DNA from: Ruditapes philippinarum
Taxonomy: Eukaryota
Reading direction: 5' to 3'
Assembly: GCF_026571515.1 (NCBI RefSeq)
Contig: NW_026867252.1
Location: 1-64,000 of the forward strand
DNA: 64,000 nt
A program made the position numbers and the translations under genes. The notes beneath the pieces were generated by a model. The model was not told the origin of the DNA, searched no databases, and was given only the letters and a program-made list of their open reading frames with translations. Shown here one piece after another: positions 1 through 39,095 of this stretch (the first letter of the stretch is position 1; each line of letters begins with the position of its first letter).

Positions 1-89
1 CTTTATAAATATAACCAATGCACTTTCAGCATTTGCACCACGTGATGTTTGATTAACAATCAGTTTTGAAAACAATCTTATCAATTTAG

Positions 90-270
90 CTTCGTTTTCA
101 TTTCCAGAGTGGAAAAAGCCATATCAAATTCATAAGACTCCCCTCATGGACTCGGTTTCATTTTCGGAGTCCGAAAGGTTCATATCATATCCATATCACA
201 CCCCATTTAGCCTCATTTTCATTTCCAGAGTCCAAAAGGTTCGCCTCGTTTTCATTTTTGAGAATCAAAA
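90..270 (+). repeat. Degenerate tandem repeat of about 61 bp
   Basis: Recurring (c)tcgttttcatttccagagt core near 91, 151, 211 and 245. Confidence 0.6.
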
Positions 271-2321
271 ATCCATATGAAATACTTATTATACTTGAAA
301 TAACAAAGCTCTGTCAAAATGTCAAATAATGTTCGTGTGAAATAACGAGGTCATTATAAATGTTTTAGAACAATACTGATGTTATTTGACTTGTGTACAG
401 CTGCGCAGTTACAAAACTTATATCAGACCAGGCTAGCGCCTCGTCTAATATGTTTTGACAGCTATGTACTCGTCTGATAGAGTTCAGTGTTGCACTCAAC
501 AATCAAGGATAACCTTATATTATCGCCATTCTTCAGTCAATGAATTAAGTGCTCAAATACCACGTTGAATTTTAGATATTGATATTTTTAGAGAAACAAA
601 TTCAATAATTTATGTAATTAATTGAATATATGTTTGCTGTTGTTCAAAAATCATCCTACTTCATTTAGTTACATTTACATGTATTGCAACACGCTGTTTA
701 GGACACTTACAGTTTTGTTAAGTCAAGGCTTCTAGTTTATCTGGAATGGCACAAAAATTAAAGATTCCATGGTAACTGTCGTAAGAACGTTCATGGTGCT
801 GATCAATTTATATTTCACCATTTTCATGTTTATTTTTGTTATTCTGCTTAAGTCGGTGCTAGCGGGTATTCTATACAAAATGCCCCATTTTGACGACAGG
901 GCGAGGGGTTGCTATAATTAATATGTCGTGTTTCTTCCGTAATATTGACAATAATGACAGTCGATGACGTCTAAATATGTTTAAAGGTCTAAAAGAGGTT
1001 CATACATTTGCTCATATAAGCACAAATACTAAAATTAATCCCCATCATACAAGTTGATTAAAACTCGAAAACCAGCTCGTCGACCCTATGTTACTTTCGC
1101 TTCAATGTTTTTGTTATCTTATTCTAAGATCATGCAAATTTGTTTTATACAATGTTCATTCCATGTATTATGTTACTTGTATCTATGGAACTGTAGGTTA
1201 CATCACGGTTTTTATTTTATTTTTCCATTATCTATCTAATCTTACAAAGTTATGTTTGAATCTTTAATTTCTTTTGATGTCGCTTTTGATTTAATTCTAA
1301 TGTGGGTTATAAAACCCTACTTAACTGGTATTATTTTCTGTTTACAAAATCGACAATTTGCATTTATTATAAACTAATTTTATGTCTTATAAAGCAAACT
1401 TTGTCAGCCTTTCAATTCATCAAAAATCTAATAAATGAAATAACCCTTTGGACTTCTCGCATATCCTTGTGCTTTGTCAATTCATGTTGATTACCAGAGC
1501 ATTGTCTGGCCGATTGCTTGTTATAGATTCCGATGTCCACATTGTATCCATTATTAATCGCAAAAAACCAACAATATTTCGAATATTCAGATATTGCTTG
1601 AAAATCATACAAAATCTTGGTAAAAAAGTAGATTTCATAATGTAATGTCATGATAGGATCGTTTGCTCGACGAAATATTTCTTATTAATTCAGGCCTTAA
1701 GACAGACAAATTCTAATCTATCAGCATTTTCAACAGGCAATATATACCTCCCGGAAAAATAAATAAACAAAATACTCCTGAAACAGACAAGGTCTGTTAC
1801 ATAATCATGTTCAAAGATTAGCTGTAAAATTACATTGCGTCTAGTAATGATGTTGACGTATTCTTTTTGATAAGCAACATGTTGGATTTGGCATTTTCAA
1901 TGTATCTGTCTAGTGTGAATTATAACTTGAGATAACCCTCTTATCTTCACGTCTGTCACTAATGTAGTTATATTGAAAAATATTGATGTCATCATAACAT
2001 TAAAGCAAGACAAACAACAATACACTATCATATTTTATTGAATAAAAGGTTGAAAGCCAAAACCATTTACTCGAAGTAGTCATCACATGTTTGAAGAAAA
2101 GCATGAACAATGTTGCTGTCAATTTCGATCCATCTAAACATTGCTGTATAACCAAAGAAAAAATGGCTTTATCAGTAATAATTCATCACAAAAATATTAT
2201 ATGAAATGAAACCATCAAAAAGTCAGTTAATAAGAAACTAGAAGATTCAAAATAACGGAGAATCTGACTTAATGTTTCCAAATTTAAATCGTATCTAGTA
2301 TAGTTCATTCTTACGTCATAA

Positions 2322-2531
2322 AATGAGCCGCGTCACGACAAAACCAACATAATGGGTTTGCGACCAGCATGGATCCAGACCACCAGCAGTCTGATCAGGA
2401 TCCATGCTGTTCGCTTACAAACCCTATAACAAGTAGAGAAACTGATAGCGAACAGCATGGATCCTGATCAGACTGCGCGGATGCGCAGGCTGGTCTGGAT
2501 CCATGCTGGTCGCAAACCCATTATGTTGGTT
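2322..2531. mobile_element. Palindromic MITE (foldback), right end truncated
   Basis: aaccaacataatgggtttgcgaccagcatggatccagacca..gcagtctgatcaggatccatgctgttcgct is inverted as agcgaacagcatggatcctgatcagactgc..tggtctggatccatgctggtcgcaaacccattatgttggtt. Confidence 0.85.
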
Positions 2532-2685
2532 CATTCTTACGATTGATATTGGCAAAAATAAGTTTAAATTTATATCAATGATTGTCTAGTCCTGACAAAA
2601 GTAATTCATGTAATTAATTAAGAATTAATTTTGAATAAAAGGCAAATACATACTGCTACAGCAGAATTGACCGTAGTAGGATGAA

Positions 2686-3717
2686 AACAAGAGCCGGTTG
2701 AACCGGGTGATGCTCCCCGAATAGGTTTTGGACACAGGAAGGTATACCTCTTGTAGTGTCAGAGTTATGTCACAAACAAAGTTCAAAGTGTAATAACAGC
2801 CCAAATGTTGCGCGCGACACATTGTCTCAATATGGTGATCATTTCTGTGAAATAGTTGTAAAATCCGACTTTAAATAACGAAGTTATGGGCTAGACACTA
2901 TTTTGCTGCAAGGTCATGCTGTGACCTTGACCTTCAAGATAGCGACCCAAATTTTGCATGCGACACTTCGATTTAATATGGTGATCATCTCTGTGAAATT
3001 GTTGTTAAATCCGACTTCAAGTAACGAAGTTATGGGCCGGTAACAATTTTGCTGCAAGGTCATGCTGTGACCTTGACCTTCAAGGTAGCGACCCAAATCT
3101 TGCTCGCGACACATTGTCTCAATATGGTGAGATATGGTGAGATATTCTGTGAAATAGTTTTATAATCTGACTTCAAATAACGAAGTAATGGGACGGACAC
3201 TATTTTGCTGCAAGGTCATGCTGTGACCTTGAACTTCAAGGTAACGACCTAAATGTTGCGCGCGATACGTCGTCTCAATATGTTGGTCTTTTCTGTGAAA
3301 TAGTTTTAAAATTCGACTTCAAATATTAATGTTATGGGCCGGAAACGATTTGGCTGCAAGGCCATGCTGTGACATTGACCTTCAAGGTAGCGACCTAAAT
3401 TTTTGCGCGCGACACGTATGTTAATATGATGATCATTTCGGTGAAATATTTTTAAAATCCGACTTCAAATAACGAAGTAATGGGCCGGACACGATTTTGC
3501 TGCAAGGTCATGCTGTGACCTTGACCTTCAAGGTAGCGACCAAAATGTTGCGCGCGACACGTCGTCTCAATATGGTGATCATTTCTGTGAAATAGTTTTA
3601 AAATCCGACTTCAAATAACAAAGTTATGGGCCGGACACGAATTCGGGACGTACGTACGTATGGACGGACGGACAACCCGGCGACTATATGCTCCCCCGAA
3701 ATTTTCCGGGGAGCATA
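2686..3717 (+). mobile_element. Non-autonomous Helentron-type (HINE/DINE-like) element with internal 146-bp tandem array
   Basis: aacaagag end with subterminal atgctcccc; about 6 units (gtgaccttgaccttcaagg at 2921, 3067, 3223, 3369, 3515); (GGAC)n microsatellite; terminal hairpin tatgctcccccg..cggggagcata. Confidence 0.8.
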
Positions 3718-5347
3718 ATTAATGTACCAGAGAGTACGTGTTTATACAAGGGTATCAATAAATAACTTCTAATCTAGTAGTACATCTGTGTGGATGGTTG
3801 GACTTCTTAAAGGCCTATTATGCTCCAGCATGCTTTTATCGTTATTCTTTTCAAAAGCTGATTAATTTTATTGTGCACTTTTATAGTATCCAAAGAGTTA
3901 CACATTGACCAATTACCAAAACCATCTTTTTCATCGGTTGCTTTTTGGCACTAAGTACAGTTATAGTTAATTAGTAGTTTGTAAGGCAGTCAAATTACTA
4001 CTTTGTTTACATTTTGCTACTTTTATAAGAAATTATATCACATTTACTTTCTTCTGGTAACAGGCATCTAACATTCATTAAAGCTATTATTATTTAAACG
4101 TTTGTCGTTTCTAAAGAAGAAAAAAAAATATTTGTTTCTAAGGCATTATGTGTCTTTACGATAAGCTCAGCAAACACCACAAAGCAATGTCGAATGAATC
4201 TCTTTTATTACATACAATTACGTAATACTAATAATTATTTCAAACATTAATTTATATTCTTAATATACAGAGACAAACGCAACAGAAAATAAATTCTACC
4301 TTGGCTATGGCCACAAAAAGCTGACAAACAATGCAAAGTAACAATTTTAAAGACCATTGAGCCAAAGAGTCGATCCACTAGCCTAATTGTTAGGTTGCAA
4401 TAATTGTAGGCGTGCACTAAACAGTAATACAATTAATATAAGTGTTATTTATAAACAAGTTCTAGAGAAAACAAAATTTCAGGTAAAGAATGAATGCATT
4501 GATTCCTGCGAAGAAGATTAAGTAAAACATATTCAAAGCGATTTTGCATAAAAGAGGTTTTAAAATTGTTTAAGTTTAATGCGATGAAAAACTGATTATA
4601 TTTCACTTGTTCCTCTTTTCTGTTGAAATAAACTACTATCGTATTAATCAGATAAAAACCTTAAATCCGAAGCAGACAACTGGAATTGCAATTCACTTTG
4701 TTCTTTCATAAATATTTGTAAGATTCAATTAAAATTAAGTAAATTCAAATGAAAATTTATGATCTGTAAGTGACTGAGGGACAATAAACACCGTGTCTGT
4801 TGTTTGGTTATTCAGCGGATAATTGCTGAGTCATCAAAATGTTCTTTCTCATTATATCGTAGTGCCCAATATCACGTATTACATTTGCACTTTACAATAT
4901 TGTTTTTTTTTTGTTTTTGATTTCTTTATGTTAAAGTGAATAAAATTCACAAAACAAAAATCGCTTTGCAACTTCAGACATATTTAAAATTATTCAACAT
5001 ATTCCAAATAAGATTATTGTTTTTCTTCCGTATTTCTGCGAGTAATAATCTTTTGATAGTCTTTTATTACTAATTATTTAATTAACAGTCTCTTTTTTAT
5101 AACTTTTCTGCTGAAATAATTTTTGATTGCTCATCCGATAATTATGACTGTTGTAATAGATAAATGTTAGATTCTCATTATAGTTGTCCGGAAAACTTAA
5201 AAGTACACAAGATTTGACAGTAAAATTAATCTTTATGGTTCTAACATTCATCATCACCTTCCTGTCAAAACAATAAATACAAACGAGCATTAATATTGTC
5301 CAAATGAAGGCTAAAAACGGTAATTATATAGGTGATTTAAACACTTT

Positions 5348-5466
5348 AAACGGGGTGTAATTGGTCGATGACTTAAAGCCACTTGCCCCTTACCGATGTG
5401 GGTTCGAATTCCGACAGGGACTTTGGATTCTTTCATGTAAGGAAGCTATCTAGCTATCTTATGGAA
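5348..5466 (+). mobile_element. tRNA-derived SINE fragment (Meta-type core)
   Basis: B-box ggttcgaattcc followed by gactttggattctttcatgtaaggaagctatc. Confidence 0.7.
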
Positions 5467-6769
5467 CATTTATCACCTTTCTGCCAAAATAATAAACACA
5501 GACGATCATGAAAATTGTCCATATATTGGCTGAAAGTGGTAATTCTATAAATGATTCTCTTCAAATAAATGTGTTTTTACAAAGAGCTTTTTTACAAATA
5601 AATACAATAATATCAAAACAAGTACCTTTGATTTTGTCATTAGTCATAAAAGTTCACTTTTTTATTTTCAATACAACTTTTATGAAATAGTATGGTAACA
5701 TTTTATATGTGTAAAGAGACACAATCTATATCTGCCTTTTCCCATAATGTTGAAAGGGTGATCTGCCCTTACTCTGATCATTCATTAGATAAATGTTATC
5801 GTACACGGGAAAGCCCTTTTAATCAACATTTTGTCTCTATAATGCCTTTAAAACTTTTAAAAAAATGTTTACATGAAATAAAAAAGACATTTTGATGACA
5901 ACAAGAAACTAGATTTCTTACATTATATTAATATAATTATTGTATATTAATATACACAATATCCCTTTTTCAACGTAGCACAAAATTATGATAAAAGACA
6001 CAAAAGCAAATTGAAAACAACTTATATTAAAAAAATGATTGTTGTTAATTTAAAAATGATTTTTTAAACTGTTTCATATAAAAAGAAAGAAAAATATCAA
6101 CAAATAACAACAAAAAAAAACCAAAAACGAACCCCATAAAAACACAACACAAATAATAGTTACTTCTTACAATTGTATGAATAATTTTTTGTGAAATATT
6201 AGAGACTGAGAATACATGACTCAAAATATGTTTCCGAGATGAGTGTACTATTTGATTCATGTCTGAATCGAAACTGATGTGCGTGCATATTTTCTTGTTT
6301 TTCAGAATGATTATTTTTATTGTACAAAATGACCAACCAAAAAAAAGAAAAAGAAAAAACAAACAAAAAAACCCCAACAACAACAACAAAGAAATAAAAA
6401 CATAATTAAATGAAAATTAATAGCGTAACAACGCTTTTCAATCAAATTTGTAACAATCGATTTTCAATTTAGTTCTGAGCCTGTTTCGTTTTTACCCTTG
6501 CTAATTTTATTCCATTTTATGTGCATCACTTGAACTAAATTCAAACTTTATGGGGCTTTTAAATTTTAGCCTTTTTAACCTCAGTGAAACTCCTTTAAAC
6601 TATAATACTGAACAGCAAATGTAACTACTCAAGTTATCTGTGGGTCTGCATATTTTATTATCATGGGTTAATTATACTAAGATGTAGAGAGGGAAGTAAA
6701 AGTAATACACCGTACCATATAATTTATTACACTGATACCGTTTGCTTACTTAAGCTCTCAACAAACCTG

Positions 6770-6787
6770 GTCACGTGTTTATAAGTA
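6770..6787 (+). promoter_or_regulatory. Proximal promoter E-box element (GTCACGTGT..AAGTA) of gene 1
   Basis: About 140 bp upstream of the ATG; 15/18 identical to the element upstream of the paralogue. Confidence 0.5.
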
Positions 6788-6913
6788 AACTGATGAACAG
6801 GGATCTTTAAGAATACATTAGCCAGTCGAGTAATATAGAACGTCTATAGTCTTATATTTGAGATGATTGATTTGTAAAGAAAAAAAAAACACGGATTAAC
6901 AAAAGAAACAAAA

Positions 6914-33068
<26,155 letters not shown>

Positions 33069-34971
33069 ACGTTATAGGACCGTTTATGTGACTTTCCAAG
33101 GGACCTTAATAAAATAGTCACATATGACAAGGAGTCTTTTAATATAGTCGCAAAGAAAATCAAAATTTTACAACCATCTATGTTCAATATTATTGTGATA
33201 CATTATATATATAATAGATGAATTCGTCATTAGATACTAATATCCAACTTATTTTTACATTTAATAAAGAAATGCTTACCTATGTTCTAAATAAATCTTT
33301 ATTTTTCCAACTTTTGAATTGCTTTTTGAATTGTTTTAAATTGCCATTGCTATTCAATTAAAAATGTACAACTGTTAACAATAGATATTCTCTGATATGA
33401 GCTCTACAAGACCATCCGGATTTTAACGATTGTCGTAATGTTTATACTTATTTGTAATGAACCTTACATGAGTGTACTAAGGGGCACAATGCATATGCGA
33501 ATATGTTATGAATGTTACATGCCTGTTCAGGGTTATATTGAGAGGCTCAATGTATATACAAATATGTTATGAACGGTGTTATGTTGATGTAAGATTTTGG
33601 CATAATGTATGTGACACATAACACGAACATAAGCACAAAAACCATGACATGCAACTCAACACCCGGGATAACACAAAGAAGGGTTTGCGGTTCCTAAGTG
33701 CTGGTGGCGTGACATAGAGAGGCTCTGATAATACTTGATGGGAACTGTCACAGAAAATATCACAAAAAAACAGTATCACACACAATTCATCACGTAATTT
33801 TTTTATATTGATATTATCATATAAAATCCAAAGTTGACTAGATTTAATTCTATAAAAGAAACAAACAAAACAAAACATTTATATCAACGATACGATAATT
33901 AATTACATTTGTATAGAAGTTACTCTCAGACTCTACCTAATAGTTCAGACATACTATCCAAAAAATTATATAAAGATTATTTTATAAAAGAAAATCGTCA
34001 TACATGACTCATGCCAAAATGTATAATAAAATGTTATTAGACTAGTAAGTCATAAAGTACCGTTTAATTAAATTTATCTAAAACGTACTGTTTCACAGCA
34101 AGTTTAAAAACAGGCAGAATTTTCATGTGAGTAAAACTGGCTGGTAAATTGTTTAACAGTGAACAGCCTTTGTAAGAAATGATTTTGATCCAAACCTTAT
34201 AACTTTAGAAATTGAATATGCCCACTTTTATAAAGGCGTGTGTTTTGACCATGAACAGTACCTTCAGGATAAAGTTATCACCCCAAGTTTAAAATTTGAC
34301 TTTAAAAATATGACATAAAATGATTTGTTCCACACGGTGTTTTTTAGTGTTTTGAATTGTTCTGCACTTATATGCGATCTACTGGTCAGAATAAATACAA
34401 ATCTCATTAACTTGTTTTGTGTTGTTTGGTGCTTATTGTTAAAACCTGTGTCAACCCATGATACCAGGTTGTACATGTATTGTCAAAATTACCAATGTAC
34501 CAAAAGACATAACCAGTAGTTTCTAGATATCCATTTGTCCGTAAAGAAACATTTACCTGTCATTTTCCTTTTGAAAAATGATTTGTGCCATGACCTCAAA
34601 AGATAGATTTGGATCAAGAGTTGCACCAAAATACTAAACAGAACATTTTTTATAACAGTACCAGTGACATGTGACCTGGGGGTTTGGATCCTGATTAAGT
34701 TTCAACTTGTACCCAAAAAGAAATGACCGACCCTGTCTTGCCAAGATGCACAGACAATTCATTGTCAATTAACCAGTCACTAATAAGACTCATGTCATAA
34801 GATAGAACTCTTCATTTTTAGATTTATATTTACCAGTTACAGGGATATCTGAGTCATCAGCATATAACAAGCTTATTGCTTATGACTGCAAACATGTCAT
34901 TGACATACGATATTTAAAATAAAAGAGAACATAAAATGGACCCCTGGGTGACACCACAAGTAATGGGAGCA

Positions 34972-35151
34972 CAGTGTCTATTCTAGGATTCGTCAAACGT
35001 GGATTTTTATCGAAAAGTGAGAATTTTTTACATCTGTTGATCTTTTTCCTTCTTTCTCTATGTGAAATTTTCCCCCTGCCTCTGAAAAATAGGGGGGAAT
35101 TCTAAAAAAATATGAGTGAATCCCCCATCCCCCTTCTTAGAATAGACACTG
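34972..35151. mobile_element. 180-bp MITE nested in the LINE, 14-bp TIRs
   Basis: cagtgtctattcta ... tagaatagacactg flanked by the direct repeat ggagca (34966-34971, 35152-35157). Confidence 0.85.
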
Positions 35152-35837
35152 GGAGCAGTGTTATGAGTACCAGTCAGCCACATTTACTAGCTGCTGTCTA
35201 TCAGAGTGATTAGACTTGAACCATGTAAGAATGTCATTACCTATGCCAGATACCTGAAGTTTTAATTATAGTATGTTTTGGTCAAGTTTATCAAATACCC
35301 TTTGTAGATCTAAAAGTATCATGCCTACAATATTGCCTTAGTCCATTTCATTACTATATCTATGATTAACATCAGGCAATTTTTCAACAAGCTTAGCTAC
35401 AACAGTGGTGTAAAAAGAATTGAAAGTTTCAGCTTTGACATTTTTATGAAAGCAATTATTTTCAACTTTTCCCAGGCCATTTTTAGCTTGTTTCTTGGAA
35501 ACAATCAAAGATCCTTAAGAGATATTTAGAGGAAGAAATATTTTTATTTTGTTCAAGTGTACCCACAAAGAAATTCTCTTTTCTTTTTTTTTTTTCGCAA
35601 TACATATGACTTCCTGTTGAGTATCATTTCTTATAGATTTGTTTTCAAAATTTTTATCAGTTTTATCCCATTTAAAACTATTAAAAGCTTTGTCTCTCTT
35701 ATATTATTAACTGTAAAATATCAGAATATTTCCATTGCGCCGTCCTTTGTTAAATGCGATTTTGATTGACAGGAGCAATGTTTTCAACATTTGACAATAA
35801 TACAAATTTAAAATTATTTCTTGCATCTCAGACAGGA

Positions 35838-36236
35838 TTATCTACCGTTTACACCGGTGCTAGAAAACTCTGTCTTACACCCCCCCCCATGTAAGACAAG
35901 TCGCGTGCTTCAAAAGACGTCATTGACGCGCGCCTTTTATAAATGAATCGCGTTCTTTGGATGACGTCATTTATCTGTTATGAATGAAGTTGTATGTTCA
36001 TACGCTACTATAAGAAAAAAGTGTGTAATGTCAGTTTTCATAATTTCTGTTCCGAAATAATTGACATGTAATATGCAAGAAAAAGAATCAAACACCGGCT
36101 GTTGGTGCAGACAGGAATATCTAGCTCTCGGGTAACTGTTTAGCGGAAACTCGGCAGAGCCTCGTTACCGCCGTAAACAGTTACCCTCGAGCTAGATTTC
36201 CGGTCTGTACCGGCAGCCGGTGTAAGATTCTTATAT
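35838..36236. mobile_element. MITE-like element with internal hairpin, nested in the LINE
   Basis: Inverted arms tctagctc.cgggtaactgttta..cgg / ccgtaaacagttaccctcgagctaga and acaccggctg / cagccggtgt. Confidence 0.6.
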
Positions 36237-38998
36237 TCTTGCATCAGAAACATTGTCATTTAACAAGACAAGACTCCAGTCATATGATAATAAGTTAGCT
36301 TGAAAGTCATCTTTATTATTTTTCTTTTCAACGAACGTTATTTCACAGTGAACGTAATTTCACAGCGTTTTGGGAACCAGTAGGTATTTTAGTAAGTTCT
36401 TTTGTACAAAAAACTAAACAATGGTCACGAAAACGTGTATTGATAACTCCTGACTGAGAAATTCTATCAATATTAGAAACTAAGACCAAATCAATGTCAG
36501 TACAGCTTTTGTTACAAATTCTTGTATATTCATAGATAAGTTGTTTAAAATCAAACACGTTAATTTAAGACTTCAAAGATGACAATAAAAGCGTATTTGT
36601 TTTTTTTTCATAAAACATCATTGTTATTTGTATGAACAAATACAAATTGTTTGTAATGCAAATTACCGCTCCGGGTTGTATTGAGAGCCACAATGTATAT
36701 ACAAATATATTATGAATGCGACCTGTTGAGAGTCATAATGTTCATGTAATAATATGCAAGTTTGTTATTAAAGAGATAGAGCAGCTTATGATTTTCTTTA
36801 GAGTACCAATAAATATGCAAACATGGACTCAAACCAAGACGTGAAAGGTCATAACGATATGAATATATCTTTAAGTTACTCACTTAGAAACAATTTAACT
36901 ATGTATGTATTAGCAATTATGATATATCAAACAGGTTAAGCAATGACATATTAATCTTTTTTTTTATCATTTTGGAAATTAGTTTAGACGTGTTTAATTT
37001 TGACAAGAATTTATTTTGAAGTTATAAAGTTATTCACTTTAAAAATACTTCATCATTTATGTATGATTCTACATAAATTTAATTTACTATTTGTATTGAG
37101 CATTTTCCATTATTGCATATTGACGGTGTTCAACCACATTCATTGTTATAAATCTATGTATAACTGTTTAACAAAAAAAATCAATGTGTGCATGTAATCT
37201 ATTGGTATAAAATTTAAAAGTATGTTACAAGTCCGCCTCTCTTAAAGCATCTTAAGATTTATCATTTAATTTATATCATCCGCATGCATACGTGATAGAC
37301 AACATATAATTGCAATAAGGCAATTATTTTTACATACAAAATAATCGATAACGAATCAAATGTTAAACATCCATCGTCAAGTGGAGCTAAAATGACTATA
37401 CATTCAAAACAAATGACTGGTTTGCGAGTATTGGTGATTATTGGGAAATGGTAAGGATAAAATAAGTCTGTTAAAATATAAAAACCGCCCTACCTTTTTT
37501 TATTTTATTTTTTTTATTTTTTTAAAGAGCATTCCTGTGGATATTTACAAAAAATAACTTAAGGTCACGTGAGTTATTAATTGTTCATGCGAAGTAAATT
37601 GTTAATTTAAAGGTATAATGACAAAATAGAAAACTTATTTTAACTTTAAACTGTTCACTCACTATATATCATTGGATAGGCATAATTTCACTAAGGTTTA
37701 AGGTTTTTACTAGTATTCAGGACAATAATCATCACATTCTATAAGGAATGGCAAACAATTAGAATTGATATAATTTATTATTTTTCATATGAAACGTCAT
37801 GACTGTCAAATTGGTAAAATAGAAATAATATAAAAAACGGATCGGAATCCCCCCCCCCAAAAAAAAAGCCCTAACAGACAATATGAAAAATGTTTGAAGA
37901 CTCAGTTTTATTGAGCCTTTCTAGGATGGTAGTGGTAAATGCAAGCAACCGTCCTCACAGATTGGCATCGCCTAAAACAGTATTTGCACGCAGTGTTTAT
38001 CATTTTTAAGTGCTGTCATAAAGAATTTAAGTATGAAGATTTTAATAACTTCAGTATCAGCTAGATTCAGTGATACAGAGTTGGCCAGTAAATCGGATAT
38101 AACCTGTTCATGTCTGATAGATGAAGAAACAACCACTGCAACAAAATCTCAACACATCACATTTAAGAAGAATTAAAATTTCAAGGTCAAATTTTGACAC
38201 GGATGTAGAATAATTTGATAATGTTGATGACACATTACAGTACACACTTACAGTGATTTGATGTTATGTTATTTAGGAAATATATATCAATTTTGAGTGC
38301 ATTGATGCTAAATCATGCACGGTTCTAGTTCAGATGCTTAGGAATATAATCACAAAGATCGATAGGCCTGAGTGTTTTATTAAAAAGCATTTGAATGATA
38401 AACCATACATTATTATATTACAATGCAAGAAAAATTAATTACCATTTTAACATACTAATAAAAAAGGTAAGTGATAAATTTTAAAAATATGCTGATCTAT
38501 ATTGAGCGTAGAATTTTTTTTGTTCCGACGTCCTTTGATTTAATGACGTGCACACATTCTTTTTTGTTGTTGTTTTTTGTTGCTGTTGTTGTTTTTGTGC
38601 TGTGTATATATCGTGCAATAATGAACATAAAAAGCCTGTCTATTTCATAGGGCGAGTTAGAAGTTGAAAAAAGTGTACAGCTGAATGAAAAAAGTTAACT
38701 GTTAAAGTTAATAAAAAAGATGATTAGAATAGCACGTATTGTCTAGAAATTCAATGATCCCTTCTACACAGTTAACATTTTTTCCTGTTATGCAAGGAGA
38801 CTGTTTCAATTTTTGTTCTCTTGCAAACATTCATATTAAGTTGAATGCGTGATTGTATAGACATAACATGTTAATATAGTTTCACAAACCGGTGTAGCAT
38901 ACTTTTATAGAGTACTGTGCAAAACTTTACCAAGCGGATTTTTATCAGGGCGGTATATATATATATATATATATATCTCCCACTTGCATTATATTATA

Positions 38999-39016
38999 GT
39001 CACGTGTAGACAAGTA
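38999..39016 (+). promoter_or_regulatory. Proximal promoter E-box element (GTCACGTGT..AAGTA) of gene 2
   Basis: About 95 bp upstream of ATG 39096; shared with the gene 1 promoter. Confidence 0.5.
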
Positions 39017-39095
39017 GCTTCTTCTGAATATGACAATTGAACATTATCTCTAATTTATCTTTTTAATGAAACATTTTGGTATTTATAATAACAAT

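Larger units (their letters stand above)
33580..36600 (-). mobile_element. Decayed CR1/L2-group LINE (APE and RT remnants)
   Basis: Minus-strand fragments DLVLVSN..SQSGVI..DHCLVFCT (APE end), GMILLDLQRVFDKLD, CGVTQGSIL, YVNDM..LYADDS, WLIDN..SVHLGKT. Boundaries approximate. Confidence 0.8.

Noticed and set aside
5348-5420. tRNA genes here and at 60574
   Set aside because: No complete cloverleaf; followed by SINE core sequence.
1054-6389. Short ORFs upstream of gene 1
   Set aside because: Low-complexity or repeat-derived translations without domains or a consistent splice chain.
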